A DNA stretch of 64,000 nucleotides from Octopus vulgaris (Eukaryota): the NCBI GenBank assembly GCA_951406725.2, contig OX597822.1, positions 106,888,001-106,952,000 of the forward strand. The letters are read 5' to 3'. The position numbers and the translations under genes were made by a program. Under the pieces are notes generated by a model. It saw only the letters and a program-made list of their open reading frames with translations, had not been told where the DNA came from and searched no databases. Positions 28,110 through 41,025 of this stretch are shown here, in pieces; the stretch's first letter is position 1, and the number at the start of each line of letters is the position of its first letter.

Positions 28110-29041
28110 ACTAGAAAAGCACTCGGAGAGCGCAGACCTCCGCCAAGCAGCTCATTTCCACCCATAGACACGCATGCTGAAAATCGCCCAATTTCCCAAA
28201 CCAAGGCCGGCAAAAACATAACCTCCTTGGCAGGGTTATAAAATAACACAGCCATATTATTTTTAAAAAAAACCCTTTAAAACAAGAATCATCTGAAGCA
28301 GTTATAATACATCAATGACAACAGCAAGCTAGTTTCACCATACAACTAAAAAGAAACCCACAATTACCTAAAACTTTAGTGATGCACACACAACATCATA
28401 GTCGGAAAAGTAATAGTCGGTTACAGGCGACTTGTGGACGCCGATTCTGGTTCACGTAAACATTATCTAGCATGATCTAGCAGTTTTTGGACTGGTTGGT
28501 CGAACCCAAACTGGTTCATAGTTGTCAAGATCTCATGGTTAGGGGAATCAAGGAGATCCACGTTGAAATTACCAAGGACGATGGTCAGATGATTCCTTGG
28601 CAAAGATAAAAGAGGTATATGTCTACCTACGATACTAAATCTACCTACCTACTTTACATCCCTCTGTGATCAGTATAGTATCAATAATCCCTCAAGAGTC
28701 CATAGATACACGAGTAAAATTACTAATAGAGAAAGGAAAATAAAAGTTTGGAAACAGCAACGCCACCATAGGTAACGAGGTCTCAAGGGAGATAATTAAA
28801 GAAAGTAACATTAATACTTCATGTAAAGTAAATATAGCAAATGAAAAATCCTTCAAGAATCCATAAAAATTTCCAGACCACTACCAAAATTTTATCATCT
28901 GTTCCTTGTGTCATTATTAACTATTTCTGCAAGTTTCATTAAATACCATTCACCTCTTCTTGAGTTATTTTGCACACAGACGGACAGACGGACAAACCAA
29001 CACCAATGAAAACATAACCTCCTTCCTTGGCGGAGGTAATT
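28110..29041 (-). mobile_element. Helentron-associated (DINE-like) non-autonomous element, possibly with internal insertion
   Basis: Inverted motif acctccgccaag (about 28137) / cttggcggaggt (about 29026), terminal hairpin and (gaca/gacg)n tract; partial internal repeat at about 28215. Confidence 0.5.
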
Positions 29042-29244
29042 ATCACTTAACAGCAAATACTGTCACCTACATATGGTTGATCATTAGGTGATTCCCACTA
29101 CTAAACAATTTCAAGGTAATTATTTGTTGGCGTGCCATTCTGCGGGCCGCAGGTTTTCCAAAACACTTTAATGACTAGAAGTGTAACAGGTAACTTTGGA
29201 AGTATGCTTTTGCCATCATGGGCGATATCAGGAAATATTGCATA

Positions 29245-29639
29245 TCTCTCTATATATAAAGCTGAAGTTGTCTGTTTATGGCAGGTTTGGTAGTTTTCAA
29301 CTAACACTATCTCCTCCGAGACCCTGCGGCACAAGTTGACCAAAATTGAGAGTATGATAGAAGAAGGCTTGCTCTTCCTTTCGTTGAAGAAAAAATTCAA
29401 ATCGGACCATGTTAACACCAAAAATTATTTACATCAAAATGGTGCTTTTTTTCTATGAAAATCCCTATTTTTTTTTACTATTTTTTGACTGCTGTGTTGC
29501 CCTTTTTCGGTGTATTTCAACCAGAAAAATGTTCACTTTAAGAGAATAACAAGCTACATAATGCAAAAGTTTTACTTTTCAAAAATTCCAATTCTAAAGG
29601 GTCGAAATAAACCCGAGCAACGCCTGGCGATACTGCTAG
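29245..29639 (+). mobile_element. Non-autonomous Helitron
   Basis: 5' TC, 3' CTAG preceded by the GC-rich hairpin cccgagcaacgcctggcg, inserted between A and T with no TSD. Confidence 0.75.
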
Positions 29640-30384
29640 TATATGATAATTATAATTTAATCATTATTAAATTTCTTGCTGATTATTACAAAATAACGAG
29701 ACGAATACTAATTTTAAAAAGAAAATATATTTATTATTTTGAAATAAATTAAAATAAAATACAACAAATTTCTCATTTCTGTAACTCTTTTAACAGCCCT
29801 CATTTATTCCCTCTCCTCTTTCTCCCCTGCTTCTGTAAATCTTTTTTACACACTGTGGGTGTATGTGTGTAGAATTCCTTTTCTTATTGCCTCTCACCAA
29901 GTTCATCTGTACACTTATCCTACGCACTTTATGTTAACTCTCTATGTATATCTCTTTTACTTTCTCTTTTCCCATTCTCTCAATACAGTATAAGACAACT
30001 GGTGAGTCAAGAAAGTGAGAAAGCAACCAACATTTATATTAGCTATTAACATATAAAGATGCAGCACGGAGTTTTGTCAGTGAACAGGTCGCGGTCTCAA
30101 AGCGACGAAAATATTTTGGCAAATTAAATTTAAATGTTGAAGTGAATCGAACGGTTTTTGTGTGTTTCTTAAATGGCTTATAAACACCTTCCACGCTGCA
30201 ATTGTTTTCGTTCCAGCACATGATCTCAGATCAGATCACTTGCTATGCAAGTACATCTCCGTAACATATAAAGATTGCTCATCAACAATTTTTGTTATAA
30301 TTTTGTTAAATTGGCGACTAATTTCTAAGCATTTTGCTCGGTGAGCTAACGATTCTGCCAGTTCGCCCAGAAGCTGCAAGATAG

Positions 30385-30730
30385 CCAACCACATATCGCT
30401 GTCACACGGAAGGAGCCCAGAAAAATGGACCTGTATCCACGTTGCTATACCTGCAGACCAGAATATTGCGAAGATAGAAAACGAGGAAGTCGGAAAGTAC
30501 CAAGACCTGGCACTGGATGTGAAGCGCATCCAGCGATCCTCAAAAGTGCGTGTGACACCTGTCGTGATCTGTGCAATTTGGTGCACCTCAAAGAAAACAA
30601 TATTATTGCTTGAACAACTGCACGTATAAAACTTCATAGGAAGTACACAGTTGGCAGCGATATTGGGAACAACATCAGTTTTGAGGAAAGGGTTGCATCT
30701 CTAAGCTGCAGGAAGGAACTGAGATGTGAA
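30385..30730 (+). mobile_element. R4/Dong-clade 3' fragment
   Basis: Reads KYQDLALDVKR...VTPVVI...AILGTTSVLRK and is followed by (TAA)n. Confidence 0.7.
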
Positions 30731-30778
30731 AGATAACTCATGAACAAAAAATAAAATAAAATAAAGATAATAATAAAG

Positions 30779-30851
<73 letters not shown>

Positions 30852-30867
30852 TGATGATGATAATAAT

Positions 30868-31045
30868 TTGAGAAGTACATGGAACAAGTATCTTGAGAAG
30901 TACATGGAACAAATAGGGACTACAATGAGGGCGGAGCACTTGCAGAAAACAGCACTGCTTGGAACTGCTCGAATACTTCGAAAGGTACTCGTAAAATAAG
31001 GGGTGTTACCTTAGTTCACTGGTAGTGAACAGCTGACACCGTAGT
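30868..31045 (+). mobile_element. R4/Dong-clade extreme 3' end
   Basis: Reads EHLQKTALLGTARILRKVL directly after a (TAA)n tract. Confidence 0.7.
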
Positions 31046-33815
31046 AATCAAAGAATTGAAAGCCACAGATCTCAGCATGGAACACCGATTGTACTTCCCA
31101 AAAATTAAAATTGATAATAAAACATCAATAATAAATGGCATGAACCTGGCCATCACAGACCTAATAGCCACAAATGTCAATATGACCAGGCTAAATGATA
31201 TAATATATGCAGCAGCCTCTGTAGCCACAAAAGAAGCTGGATACCCACTAAAACCCATCTAGACAGGAGCATCACTTAAAATTGATACTAAAATAGCATC
31301 CATAATAAGAAGCATGAACCTGGTCGTCACAGAAATAATAGCTACATAAACAAATGTCAACATGAACTGGTTAAATGATATCATATGTGCAGCAGCCTCT
31401 GTGGCCACGAAATGAGCTGGATACCCACTGAAACCCAGCCAAACTGGAGTATCAACACCCAAACAAACCATGTAGATAAATACTATCCAGAAAAAGAATA
31501 AGAGAAAGGATATGTCAATCCTTAACGAAACTAGTAGACAATCAACGCTACTAAGAAATAAGAAGAGAAGAAAGATATTACATAAAAACAAAATTACAGA
31601 ACAAGGCGTACCTGAGGTAAAACGACAGCTAAATCAATATATCTTAAACCAAAGAACAAAGAATCCACCGATATGAGAAGCGCCAATGTTTCTTCGAACA
31701 AAACAACAAGCAGTTTATCTCCAACTCCAAAAGATTCTACCAAGAACTTGGCAAAAATAAAATAGAGATCAATGCAGCACCAACAGCAGAAGAAATGTAA
31801 GAATTTTGGAAAGAAATACGGCCGGCAAAGGAACAACCTTGGCAAAGATCTATCAAAATAACGAACTCAGCACCTGAATAACCCTGGGCCCATAGAACAT
31901 CTGAAGAGATCACCCAGGCACTGCAAAAACTTAAGCAACTGGAAGGCACCCGGGCACGACAAGATCCCCAGCTGGTTAAAATACCAGCTGACTGAAAAAA
32001 AAATTAATGAAATACTAGCAGCCAGAGACAATGCCTGAATGGCTCACGGAAGAGAAACTATCCTAATTCTCAAATTCACTGAAACGGCAAACCCACTGAA
32101 TTACATAACGATAACTTGTTTCCGTACAATTTACAAAGCCTTTACTGCAATAATATCGCAGAAGATGATCAAACAACCGGAAGAAAACCTGTTTCCAGAA
32201 GAGCAGAAGGGGTCCTGCAAGGGCTCATACGGCTGTAAAGATAAGCTACTGATCAATAAAGCCATAACTGAAGACAGCCACAGAAATAAGAAGGGTTTCA
32301 GTATCGACTGCATTGGTTACTGAAAGGATTTTGATAGTATTCCCCACACATGGATCCTAGAAATACTAGCCATGAACAAGGTAGTACCAATAATCATAAA
32401 ATATATAACACATTCAATGAATAAATGACAGACAGTGCTACAGCTCCTGGCAAATGAAGGACTCATAAAAACCAAAGCCATCTCCATTAGAAGAGGAATA
32501 TTCCAGGGTGACACGCTCTCTCCATTCCTTTTCTACTTGGCACTGACACCTTTATCTGACTTACTCAACAGAACCGGATGTGGATACAACTATTACGGCA
32601 AAACAATCAGCCAACTATTATATATGGATGATCTAAAATTCTACGCTACAAACGATAAACAGCTGGAAACATTACTACAGACAGAAATAAACATGAAATT
32701 TGGCTTAGAAAAATGTGTCAAAGCAGCCTTGAAAAGAAGAAAACTAGTTAAGAGTAGCAACATCACACTAGATAAATTAAATGAAATATGAGAATTAGAT
32801 CAAAGCCAGACATACAAATACTTAGGAATCAATGAACTAGATACGGTACAACAAACACAAATAAAAGATAAGATAAGAAAGAATAAAGAATACTATAGAC
32901 GATTTAGATTAATACTGAAACTAGAGCTCAATGCGAAAAACAAGATAATAGGTTCAAAACTCTACTCGTCTCAGTTATAAGTTGCAGCTACAATATTCTT
33001 AACTAAAGGAACTAATCAAACTAGATAGGAAAACAAGAAAAATAATGACAGGATTTAGGATGCACAATCCAAAATCTGACATAGAAAGATTATATATACA
33101 AAGTGTCGAAGTTAGTAAAGGCCTTATATAGCTAGAACACTATTACAAAATGATCCCCACAGAACTGCTGAAATACCTACTTCAGAAGCAAGGAAAACTA
33201 ATACAAATAGTCACAAAACACGATCGGAACTGAAAGCTGTTTTCAGTCTTTAAGGAAGCTAACGAATACAAAAAAGAAGTCATAGTTGTTAGGTACTAAG
33301 ATATTCATAGTACCTAACAACTGTGAAGAAAAAGAAGGAACAACAAAAGCTGTAAAACAACTGAAATCCAAACTAAAACAGCAATGGATCATGATAAAGC
33401 GATGGCAAGAAAAACCCCTTCATGTCAAATACTGGGTTAAGCTATAAACAGAAAAGTATTAGACAAAGCAAAATCCCAACAATGGCTGAGAAGCTCGGGA
33501 CTCAAAGCAGAGACTCAAGGGTTTTTAATTACAGCATAAGATCAAAGCCTCCCCACCAGAAATTACCAAAAACATGCAATGAAAAGAAATACAAGTAACT
33601 GCAGAATATGTGGAAATGGAGAAGGAACAATAAATCATATTGTCTCTGGCTGCCCAGTCCTGGCTAAGAAGGAATATATTCCCAGACATGACAGAGTTGG
33701 GACCTATATTCACTGGGAACTATGGAATAACTGGAATAACAACAGAAAAAAAGATGGTATAGGCACGCACCAGAGAAAGGTCACAGAAAATAAGAAAGCA
33801 ACCTACTCTGGGATA
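31045..33815 (+). mobile_element. R4/Dong-clade non-LTR retrotransposon with restriction-like endonuclease, decayed
   Basis: ORF fragments GRETILILK...EEQKG...GCKDKLLINK, RRGIFQGDTLSPFLF...LLYMDDLK (RT) and CRICG...TINHIVSGC...RHDRVG.YIHW (CCHC plus RLE). Many stops and frameshifts. Confidence 0.9.
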
Positions 33816-33816
33816 T

Positions 33817-34040
33817 GAGCAGAAATGGGCTACTCGACCTAAAGAAAATTCCAACTTGGCCCCACTTGCAAGGTCATGCGCTGTTTATCTTGATATGAGA
33901 TCACCATGTCGCGCACATATGATTGTGAGGCATGTGCTTGGTGTACTCTTATCAGACAGGTAGTCATGATAGGTATACTGGGCTTCGTATATTTTACCCC
34001 AGTGTCACTTTAATGGCATGCATTGCTCTCTCACTCACTC
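33817..34040 (+). mobile_element. Repeat family D 3' part fused to the Dong-like element
   Basis: Begins where Dong homology stops and ends ctctctcactc followed by (AAC)n(AAT)n. Confidence 0.75.
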
Positions 34041-34899
34041 AACGACGACAACAACAACAACAACATCAATAATAATAATAATTTCCTGTTTTTTTTCTAT
34101 CCAGATAATTGTTGGTGATAACGCACCTGGAAGTATATGAATAGGTGTATCTATATTTGTTGAGAGTATATATGGGTCTGAGGGCACATGTATGTATGTT
34201 TATTGTCCGTGGTTATTAGAAAGCTCCAGTTTTACTTTATAACAAATTTTAAGGTGATTAAATTTCGGAGTTCATTATAACACCTTATTTATTATCTTCT
34301 GAATTCTTCGTATTACTTTGTGTGTGTGAGTGTGTGTTTCTGTGTGCGTGTGTGCATCCGTATCTTTGTATGTCTATGAATGTATTTTTTTTTTCCTGAC
34401 TTTCATTCCTTAATCATTGAAACGATGAAGATAGAGAGAGACTCACCGATATTAAGCTAAAACCTTCATCACATGAAGATTTAAAATGACAAAAGCCATC
34501 TCAGCGAACAGCGAGAAACGATAGCGAAAAATGAAAATGAACCAACAATGAAGTATTCAAGTACAATAATTCTTTTAGGAAGAAATTCTTTCCTCAAATT
34601 GCTTCGCATTGTATTCTGAAGAGAAAAGTAAAAATCTTGGAATTTCTCTGGTTTACAAAACCAATTTACTTACTTATTATATTCGAGCAGCAATAGGCAA
34701 GAACGTAACACAGGAATCTAGTTTTATTGCCAAGAAGATCCGCTTATCACCAACTTAACTGTAAATCTCTTCCTTCGACTACAATAGCAAGACTGATTGA
34801 ATGCAATCTTTTTTGTTTGATATCAGTCCAAATTGCAATATTTTCGAAAATAAAATTTTTTACTGGCATACTTGTCTCTTTGTTTGTTCCTTCTCGAGC

Positions 34900-35170
34900 A
34901 ATGGCTGGCTCATAAAGGCCGGTTTCCCGGGTTTCTTGGCGTATAGGTTCCCCACCTGGACGGGATACCGGTCCGTCGCAGGGGAGCTGCAAGATGCAGG
35001 AGGAAAGAGTGAGAGAAAGTTGTGGCGAAAGAGTCAGCAGAAGTTTCGCCATTACCTTCTGCCGGAGCCGCGTGGAGCTTAGGTGTTTCGCTCATAAACA
35101 CACACATCGTCCGGTCTGAGATTCGAACCCGCGAGACCGCTCCTCTAACCACTAGGCCATGTGCCTCCAC
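34900..35170 (-). mobile_element. SINE family C (tail type 3)
   Basis: Family C head and middle joined to a tail resembling 20750-20830. Confidence 0.75.
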
Positions 35171-35921
35171 ACTGGCATACTTGTTATATTGAAGAGTCAT
35201 CAGGAAGTTTCTTCCAAGCAGAATCTATGTCCACAGGTTTAAATTCCTACACCAAAGGACTTCATCCAAAGTACTATTGTTATGAAAGCTATAATTGTAT
35301 ACTCTGGCCCTAAAATGGATGTCCTCATGCAAAACTCAATTTGCGTTTAGCTTAAACCATAACCCTTAAAAATGTCACTTTATACTCACAAGTGGTAATA
35401 ATCATCATCGCCATTTGTTCAAATCTACGAGTCTTATATCGTTTGGACTTCAGTTGACTTTTTTTCTGACATTTTGGGGCTAAAGTGCTTTTAGTAATGA
35501 ATACGCTAATTGTACTTTAGTACTTTAATAGTTCAAGGAGAAAATTATTGTAATGCTATGACAAACGTCTTATTATTACTACAATAAGGTATCTAGTGAT
35601 AGTATTCAATAACCCGTGCGCGATCTTTGTCAAATACTAGTAAAAGATGGATTTTGAGAAAGAATAGCTGCAGGCCGACATATTTTATCTTTTATATTTT
35701 ACTAGTTTTGGTCATTAGACTAGGGCCATGCTGGGGCACCGCCTTGTAGAATTTTTTCAGTCGAACATCATAGACATGTGTTGAGAGGAATAATTTGGGA
35801 TTTGGATAATTCACCTCTGGAAACATCCTTAAACAACCCTTATTCAGGGACCTTCTTGCCTAGTTTCCCATTCGATCTGCTTTCCTCTAACTTTTTCTCC
35901 TTGTGTTCTTTCTGTTCGACC

Positions 35922-35962
<41 letters not shown>

Positions 35963-35967
<5 letters not shown>

Positions 35968-36616
35968 AACTAAAATCATTGAACAAGCAAATACAAAGTC
36001 AACCACATGTCATTTCATAATTCGAACATTTAATTATAGAATAAACATATAACCCGCAAGATGGAACAAAATTCATATGTACAGCACGTAATAATAATAA
36101 TAATATGGTATGGTGCGAGAAAAATTCTTATCATTAAGAATTTAGAATTAATATTTTAGCGATTCAAAGAGAATATATTTATAAAAGACGTAGAAAGTAA
36201 AATATAATATAAGTAATATATAAAAATATATAGGTATATAAAAATATAGGCATATAAAAATATATAAAACATATATAAATATATATACATATAGGAGCAT
36301 ATAAAAAATATAATATATATATGTATATATATATATCGTGTAAATAAAGTAAAATAAGGTTCATCGTTTAGAAATCTTAATCAGGTAAAATAAGCCTTAT
36401 ATATAAGAAGGAAATCATGTTTGCTTATCCCTATGGCCATTTCAGGGGTGTATTATGTTTAAAGCACTACGGTGCATTCAGATAATACCTCCTTCGTCAG
36501 GGGAAAAAAAAATATATATAAACGGGTTATATGTTTATTCTATAATTAAATGTTCGAATTATGAAATGACATGCGGTTGACTTTGTATTTGCTTGTTCAA
36601 TGATTTTAGTTTGATA
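35963..36616. repeat. Fold-back element, ~94-bp arms, between (TA)n tracts
   Basis: 35963-36056 and 36523-36616 are near-perfect reverse complements. Confidence 0.92.
36428..36504 (-). ncRNA. Minimal type I hammerhead ribozyme with long stem II
   Basis: Minus strand: UCCC-CUGACGA-AGGAGGUAUUAU...AUAAUACACCCCU-GAAA-UGGCCA-UA^GGGA. Palindromic stem III AUGGCCAU, AUA triplet, 4-bp stem I. Confidence 0.7.
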
Positions 36617-36696
36617 TTTTTGTCTCTTCCAATAGAGCACTTCTATTGCAGTCCTATTAAACCTTTTTTTTGTTCCTGACAAGAAACAATTATTGT

Positions 36697-36838
<142 letters not shown>

Positions 36839-37247
36839 AAGAAGCCATTTGTGTAAGGACTGAACTTGGAACCAAGTGGTTGGGAAGCAAGCTTCTTACC
36901 CTATAGCTACGCCGGCGCCTATACGTGGAATAAACATCATGCGTAAACTGGAGAAGGGGCTCTTGTAAATTCATTACAGTGTCGGAAACCCTATTATATC
37001 GTCAACAGGTATCTCAGGATCATAACAGTTTCGCCCTTTAGTCAATCTAAGGCTGAATGTAAAATAGAAAGCGAGTCCCCTACTACTGCTTTTGTTTTGA
37101 GAATTTGCTCACCATGCTCAAGGAATTTGATACCTTTTGGTGGTGGTGGCTGGTATTTATTAGCCTACACTCTTTGCAGATCAGTCCACTAGGCAATCTC
37201 TGAAAGGTCCTTCTCATGTCTCCACTTGTATAAGCCTTTTTCCATTG

Positions 37248-37311
<64 letters not shown>

Positions 37312-37312
<1 letters not shown>

Positions 37313-37538
37313 AGGCGATGAAAAATTATAAAAAGGCAGAATGCTAAATTGAAGGTAAATTTTAATAAAAGTGGGTGTATGGAAAATTAAAAAAAATATT
37401 TATATTTTAAAATATATTTTTTAATATTTTTTATATAATATTAAAAAAAATATTTAAAAAAATTTTCCATACACCCACTTTTATTAAAATTTACCTTCAA
37501 TTTAGCATTCTGCCTTCTTATAATATTCCCTCGCCTAT
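37312..37538. repeat. Fold-back element
   Basis: aaggcagaatgctaaattgaaggtaaattttaataaaagtgggtgtatggaaaatt and its perfect reverse complement; follows (TA)n(TG)n. Confidence 0.9.
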
Positions 37539-37870
37539 GATTTCTCCACGTGCGGTCAACACAACCCCACCATTTATTGATTTATATATATTTATATATA
37601 TATACATGCACACACGCACAAAGACACGTAAACATACACACATATTATAATGATAGGGAATATGTTTATGGTTACAACCTACACGGGTTTCTGCTGCACA
37701 GAATATGAGCAGGTGCATATGCAACCAGGCATAATTTTCTATCGTTATAATTATTGACATTATACACTCCAGATTATATTACCCTCCTGTGAAACGAACT
37801 CGGAATTACCCATCAGAGGAATTTACCATGTGAGTGATAACTCCAAGTATTCATAAACGTTAAATACTAA

Positions 37871-38101
37871 CCTATTTCTTTACTACCTACAAGGGGCTAA
37901 ACACAGAGGGGACAAACAAGGACAGACAAATGGATTAAGTCGATTACATCAACCCCAGTACGTAACTGATACTTAATTTATCGACTCCGAAAGGATGAAA
38001 AGCAAAGTCGACCTCGGCGGAATTTGAACTCAGAACGTAACGGCAGACGAAATACGACCACGCATTTCGTCCGGCGTGCTAACGGTTCTACCAGCTCGCC
38101 G
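37871..38101 (-). mobile_element. SINE family B monomer
   Basis: Reverse complement of family B. Confidence 0.88.
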
Positions 38102-38699
38102 ATGTGGTTAGCCACAAGCTGGAACATAACTGCGAGCAACCACGGCATCCGCCAGCATAATATATCTCTCTAAACTCGTGGCTTGCAAATTTTAATATAC
38201 ATGCATTCATATTTATATGTTAAGCTGGGACTACACCATATATATATATAATCTCGGACCGCGTACGAAACTTTATTCTGTGTACAATGATGGCTCTCAA
38301 ATTCATTATCGATTTCTCGTTAATTTAGCATTTCACAGTCAAGCTACAATTTTTATTGTGATCCAAAAGGGCCAAAGAATGATCAAAGCTTTGCTCATGG
38401 AGCAAGCGATAACTATTGATATGACAAAATTTATTGATCGCTAAACTATCGTAATTTAACGTGGCATAACAATAGCCATGTGGAGATGATAAATTTCATT
38501 TCAATATGCTACAAAGATCGTTTATCGAATGTGATTTAAACTAGATAAAGAGGATCATAAATTACTCAACAATAGCTATTTCCTTAACAGTTAAAACATA
38601 TTAACAGAGCAAAGTATCAAAGGGGATAAAAAACCCATTTCAGTACATTGAGTGTACTTAAAATATATTCTATACGTACTGGCTTAAAGAGTATCGCGA

Positions 38700-38886
38700 A
38701 AGGCTAGTGTGGAGGCCCAGCCGCTCGAGTTCTTTTTACAGGGCTTAGAAAAACTGAAGGACTGCTGCAATAAGTGTGTGAGTCTGAGAGGGGAATATGT
38801 TGAATAAAATCATAATTAACTGAACCCCCTATATTTCTTTTTTTCTTTTTTACTCCAAACCAGGAACTTTTGAGCACCTCCTCGTA
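38700..38886 (+). mobile_element. Mariner transposase C-terminus and right TIR
   Basis: Reads EAQPLEFFLQGLEKLKDCCNKCVSLRGEYVE* followed by aacttttgagcacctcctcg and TA. Confidence 0.75.
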
Positions 38887-40215
38887 TGACCCTGTATATG
38901 TGTAGGTTTAAAAAAAAAAATGACTTTATTGTTAAGGGCCTTCAGTGATTAAGATGAAGTGGCTGTATGTTCATAGGATGAAGAACAAGGTTAAAAACAG
39001 GAAGCAGAGCGATGGCATAAAAATCACTTGCATGATAAATAATATTGAACAAGTGAAGCTTTGCATAATATTTTTTCATAAATGGCTTTTGATAGCTTTC
39101 CTCATTTGGTGTAATTTATAGCTGTTTGAATAACTGATGGCATCAAACAAAGAATGGTATATTTGAGACAATCTGTATGGTGCAAAGACAAACAGAGAAA
39201 AACACTAATCTATCTTATTAATCTCCCTCTATCTATTCGCCTACCTACATGCTTACTTGTCTGTTTGTCTCCCTTTCTCTCTCTCCCTCTCTCTATCTAT
39301 ATCAATATATATGTGTGTGTATGTATATCATAATATATATCTATAAATGTACATATATATATATGTATATTAAACATATACATTTATATACGTGTATACA
39401 TATTATATATATATATATATATATAAGTATATTACATACTATATATATATATATGTATATATATGGTATATATGTATACAAACATACACATACGTGTATA
39501 CGCATGGGTCTCTATTTATTTAGATACACAATGTCTTCTGTGCAAGTGTGTGCGTGTATAAATATGTGTGTATCTCCATACTTGCCTATATGTATATATG
39601 CAATGCAAAACAAGATTGCATATTCAAACCACCATTTCACCCCCATCGAATAAGTAATTTTGTTTACTCTACACATGAATTAACCTTCATCAAACTCTAA
39701 ACACTTTTTATGCGCACAAGTGTTTCGTATTGAGCAGTATATGTATACGTATCTCGTTGTTCTACAAAATATACAAAAGCAACACACAAGCACCTACGCA
39801 TACGCCGTGTACGTGTGTGTGTTTATCTATAATTGAAACAGAGAAACGAATTACACACACACATACACACACACACACATACACACACACACACATTTAT
39901 GTTGTAAATATATTTACGCAGATTGTCATTTTAAATTGTTCGAGTTTCTTCTAATCTTAGGGAGTAAATCGGGGATTTGCAAGGCCTTTCGTTAGTCCGC
40001 GAATGGTACCGTTTTGTCTTGATTCAGGGATCTTAAAGTTGACCGGGATATATTTATCCCTTGATTTTGTTAAATATTCAAATAATTTGTAACATTCAGG
40101 GACGACTGCAAAGCGCACTCACCTCACTTAGTTCTCCCTCTTTCTCTCTCTCTCTCTTCATTGTTCAATCTCTCTGTTAAAGCTGTAAGCTGATACTCAC
40201 GCACTCACACACAAC

Positions 40216-40551
40216 TTAATAAACAGAATATGTGTTTTCATGTACTACTATTAGTTCCATGTGCTGAGAGCATGCAAAACAGTATTTTTAAACACGTTAG
40301 GTGTCCTAACACAATCATCAGGTACTGCCCATATGGCATAGCGAACTAAAGATTTAAAGTTAGTTGTGCCATGTGGGCAGTACCTGATGATTGTGCTAGG
40401 ACACCAAACGTGTTTAAAAATACTGTCTGGCATGCTCTCATCACACGAAACTAATAGTAGCATATAAAAACATGTATTGTGCTTATTAAATAATATCTAT
40501 CTCTCACCAGATGGAATATAGTTTTGTTGATCTTACCATCACAGAACAGTA

Positions 40552-40555
<4 letters not shown>
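40216..40555. repeat. Fold-back element family E, near-continuous hairpin 40216-40489 plus tail
   Basis: ggtgtcctaacacaatcatcaggtactgcccatatggca / tgccatgtgggcagtacctgatgattgtgctaggacacc, with pairing extending outward. Confidence 0.88.
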
Positions 40556-40604
<49 letters not shown>

Positions 40605-40665
40605 TATACATATATATATATATTATATATATACATATATATATACATATATATATACATATATG

Positions 40666-40772
<107 letters not shown>

Positions 40773-40806
40773 TTTATATATATATATATATATACTTTAT
40801 TGCTAG

Positions 40807-40856
40807 CAAAAACTGTCCGATGAACGGCAACGGGAAACTCAGAGTAACAGGTTTTG
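40807..40856 (+). ncRNA. Degenerate type I hammerhead ribozyme in a ~160-bp insert between (TA)n tracts
   Basis: CAAAAACUGU-CCGAUGA-ACG-GCAA-CGG-GAAA-CUC-A-GAG-UA^ACAGGUUUUG. Stem I is 10 bp with one mismatch and stem III is near-palindromic. The core has a U4-to-C change and the first stem II pair is mismatched. Confidence 0.55.
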
Positions 40857-40952
40857 TTGAATTTTCTGCTGCTTTAAATAAAGCATATTACTCTACCACT
40901 GGTATTTGAGTACTCTTTTTTCCACCTTGTTTCACATTTATGTGCTTACTCC

Positions 40953-41025
<73 letters not shown>

